DNA of 37,498 nt, taken from NCBI RefSeq assembly GCF_001194135.2, contig NC_068982.1:76150693-76188190 (forward strand). The letters run 5' to 3'. Made by a program: the position numbers and the translations under genes. This document shows positions 36,915 to 37,498 of the stretch, one piece after another; the first letter of the stretch is position 1, and every line of letters begins with the position of its first letter. Below the pieces are notes generated by a model that worked only from the letters and a program-made list of their open reading frames with translations, made no database searches and was not told where the DNA came from. This stretch comes from Octopus bimaculoides (lineage: Eukaryota).

Positions 36915-37466
36915 GATTATGGCTGTCCACTCGTGACAGAGGAAGACCGTTGCTGACCGTTGCCCATGTAGAATGCAAGTAATGCCCGTGCATGAGGTTA
37001 TTGTAACAACACAACCTAAAATTTTAGGTACAATAAGGCTTGCACAGAACCTCACAGACCCTTTCCTACTGACATGATCAAGAGAACAAGGCAGGGCAAA
37101 ATACCCAGTGCCAATATGGTTCGCAGGCTCAGGAATCTGGGGGCAACATAATTTCAATTGCAAGCAAAAGATCTCCAAAATATTCAAGGTTCCTCCCTGG
37201 ATATCTGGATAACAGAGTGACCTCCTAGAGATATGCTTGAATAAAAACTAAGGGGCATGTCACTCCCGGTATTCTTCCAGCATGCCCGATACCAAGTTGA
37301 ACCAATACTAGGTTCATCTGTCCTTTCGACAAGTTGTTTTAGTCTTGCTGGGTTCGTAGCAACCTTCCTCACCAGGCATATCTAGTAAAGGTGTTGGTTT
37401 AGTCGCCGAAGACCCGACCGTGCAACTGGTTGTTCTGGATTTCATGTTAGCAGAGAACCGTGCATA
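36915..37466 (-). mobile_element. putative LINE (RTE-like) 5'UTR fragment
   Basis: GC-richer island bounded by microsatellites on both sides, with no clear coding motif. It resembles RTE 5' leaders from recall only (ILHGQRSATV just before the truncation). Confidence 0.3.
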
Positions 37467-37498
37467 CACACACACATACACACACACACACACACACA

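Overview
AT-rich, microsatellite-saturated eukaryotic draft-scaffold window with 8 N gaps. The SINE families and repeat style resemble coleoid cephalopod (Octopus-like) DNA; this is from my recall and was not checked against a database. I see no intact protein-coding gene; nearly all listed ORFs are microsatellite or N-gap translations. The window is a graveyard of degenerate transposons: three to four fragments of restriction-like-endonuclease (RLE; R4/Dong/NeSL-type) LINEs, RTE and CR1/Jockey-type LINE fragments, two Tc1/mariner remnants, a probable Helitron PIF1 helicase remnant, and about 17 tRNA-derived SINE copies from 3 families. Most notable observations: (1) six to seven sequence-diverse minimal type-I hammerhead-ribozyme-like motifs with palindromic stem III, of the Penelope/retrozyme type, the best at 20602-20647 (-) and 8116-8201 (+); (2) RLE LINE ends repeatedly abutting (TAA)n arrays, i.e. 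Dong-like microsatellite targeting; (3) an exact 222-bp duplication across a 10-N gap that carries a candidate 11-nt microexon with strong splice signals; (4) a nested RLE/RTE mosaic. All calls are by eye.
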